From the NCBI GenBank assembly GCA_018396395.1, contig JAGTQN010000001.1:1-54755 (forward strand): a stretch of 54,755 bases of DNA, given 5' to 3'. Below the pieces are notes generated by a model. That model made no database searches. It had not been told where the DNA came from and was given only the letters and a program-made list of their open reading frames with translations. The stretch is from Candidatus Bathyarchaeota archaeon. Its GTDB lineage: Archaea; Thermoproteota; CALKCG01; B24; JAGTQN01. Positions 54,062 through 54,755 of the stretch are shown piece after piece. The translations under genes and the position numbers were made by a program. Every line of letters starts with the position of its first letter. Position 1 is the first letter of the stretch.

Positions 54062-54755
54062 ATGCCTTAATCCTTCTGTCCACAACCTCCTCTACACTAG
54101 GACCAGTTCCTACTATCGTCACGGGAACCCCCAGCCTTTCCTCGATCTCCGTTATGAATTCCTTTCCTCGCTGGGACAGTTCCTCGAATCTCTGAACCCC
54201 ATGGCACTCAGGGAACAGCACATCGAGCTTTGTTATCGCCAACTGAGTCGGACTGTTGAGCATGACGGCCCTTTCTGCCAAGCGAAAGTTAAAGGGGGCT
54301 GCGCGCCTCTCCCTTCCCGTTACGGTAGCCCTCTCGAGCCACCCTCTACTTATCGCCTCCTCCCTGCTTAGTTCCCCCTCTAAAGGCCCAGCTCCCACTC
54401 TGGTAGTGAAGGCTTTGAAGACAAGGAGAACCTCGTCAACCCTCTTGGGACCAACGCCACATTCGCTCGCTATGGCAGAGGCCGTCGTATCCCTTGAGGT
54501 GACATATGGATATGTTCCATGGATGAGGGAGAGGAAAGTTCCTTGGGTCCCTTCCAGAGCGACCTTCTCGCCCCTGGCTAGGGCTTTATTCACCTCTAAG
54601 GCCACATCCGCCAAGTATGGAGTCAACTCTGGCACTTCCCTCGCGAGCTTTGCGATACGCTTAACCCTATCTTCCTGTGCCGGCCCGACACCCTGTCCCG
54701 TAGTCCCTATCCTTCCTCCTGTTGCTCGATCCCTCTCGATATGGGTATACTCTAT
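54060..54755 (-). CDS. purA: Adenylosuccinate synthetase, C-terminal two thirds; the 5' end lies beyond the window
   Basis: The frame stays open to the window edge. It reads GRIGTTGQGVGPAQEDRV (the IGTTGRGIGPAYxDK motif), then LEGTQGTFLSLIHGTYPYVTS, FTTRVGAGP, TVTGRERR and ITKLDVL. Confidence 0.9.
   Translation of the reverse strand: MEYTHIERDRATGGRIGTTGQGVGPAQEDRVKRIAKLAREVPELTPYLADVALEVNKALARGEKVALEGTQGTFLSLIHGTYPYVTSRDTTASAIASECGVGPKRVDEVLLVFKAFTTRVGAGPLEGELSREEAISRGWLERATVTGRERRAAPFNFRLAERAVMLNSPTQLAITKLDVLFPECHGVQRFEELSQRGKEFITEIEERLGVPVTIVGTGPSVEEVVDRRIKA

Noticed and set aside
54007-54195. 62-aa plus-strand ORF (MLFYFSFLFLFFFSFSS...)
   Set aside because: It is a translation of the pyrimidine tract plus sequence antisense to purA, so it is an artefact.
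1-54755. Looked for CRISPR arrays, rRNA and tRNA genes, and recognisable defence modules (cas, restriction-modification, Argonaute, etc.)
   Set aside because: I saw no regularly spaced direct repeats, no rRNA-like or cloverleaf-compatible sequence, and no hallmark defence domains in any ORF. The only toxin-like element is the PaREP1 fusion, reported separately.

Overview
Archaeal chromosomal window, identified from Orc1/Cdc6, PolD small subunit, TBP, a GPN-loop GTPase and a PaREP1 protein. This suggests a PolD-bearing, TACK-like lineage, but the exact taxon cannot be determined here. All family calls come from reading motifs in the supplied translations; no database search or HMM was run.

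Layout:
- 0.2-7 kb: small DNA-binding proteins, a textbook replication origin (two inverted full ORB boxes, one degenerate box, an AT-rich unwinding region), then orc1/cdc6, an EndoV-like DUF99 gene and PolD DP1.
- 7-12.5 kb: housekeeping and sugar-acid enzymes, including pyrB.
- 12.5-25 kb: an island of M28-family peptidase paralogues. It includes a 1490-aa protein that fuses an apparently inactive PA/M28 ectodomain to a MacB/FtsX-type permease module. It also holds an IS6-like 496-bp non-autonomous element with an intact 8-bp target duplication.
- 25-27.6 kb: IS5-family and IS110-family transposase relics around one intact oxidoreductase gene.
- 27.9-42.2 kb: a permease plus five large hydrolase-like proteins, none with an obvious signal peptide (six-hairpin-like, transglutaminase-core, C45 Ntn hydrolase, GH42-like, DUF4838).
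- 42.4-54.7 kb: housekeeping genes, decayed ABC-2 and MFS transporter genes, an RHH-PaREP1 fusion, and a NOL1/NOP2/Sun homologue missing both catalytic cysteines, then tbp and a partial purA.

The two best candidates for undescribed biology are the hydrolase cluster at 27.9-42.2 kb and the M28-FtsX fusion protein. I recognised no rRNA genes, tRNA genes or CRISPR arrays.
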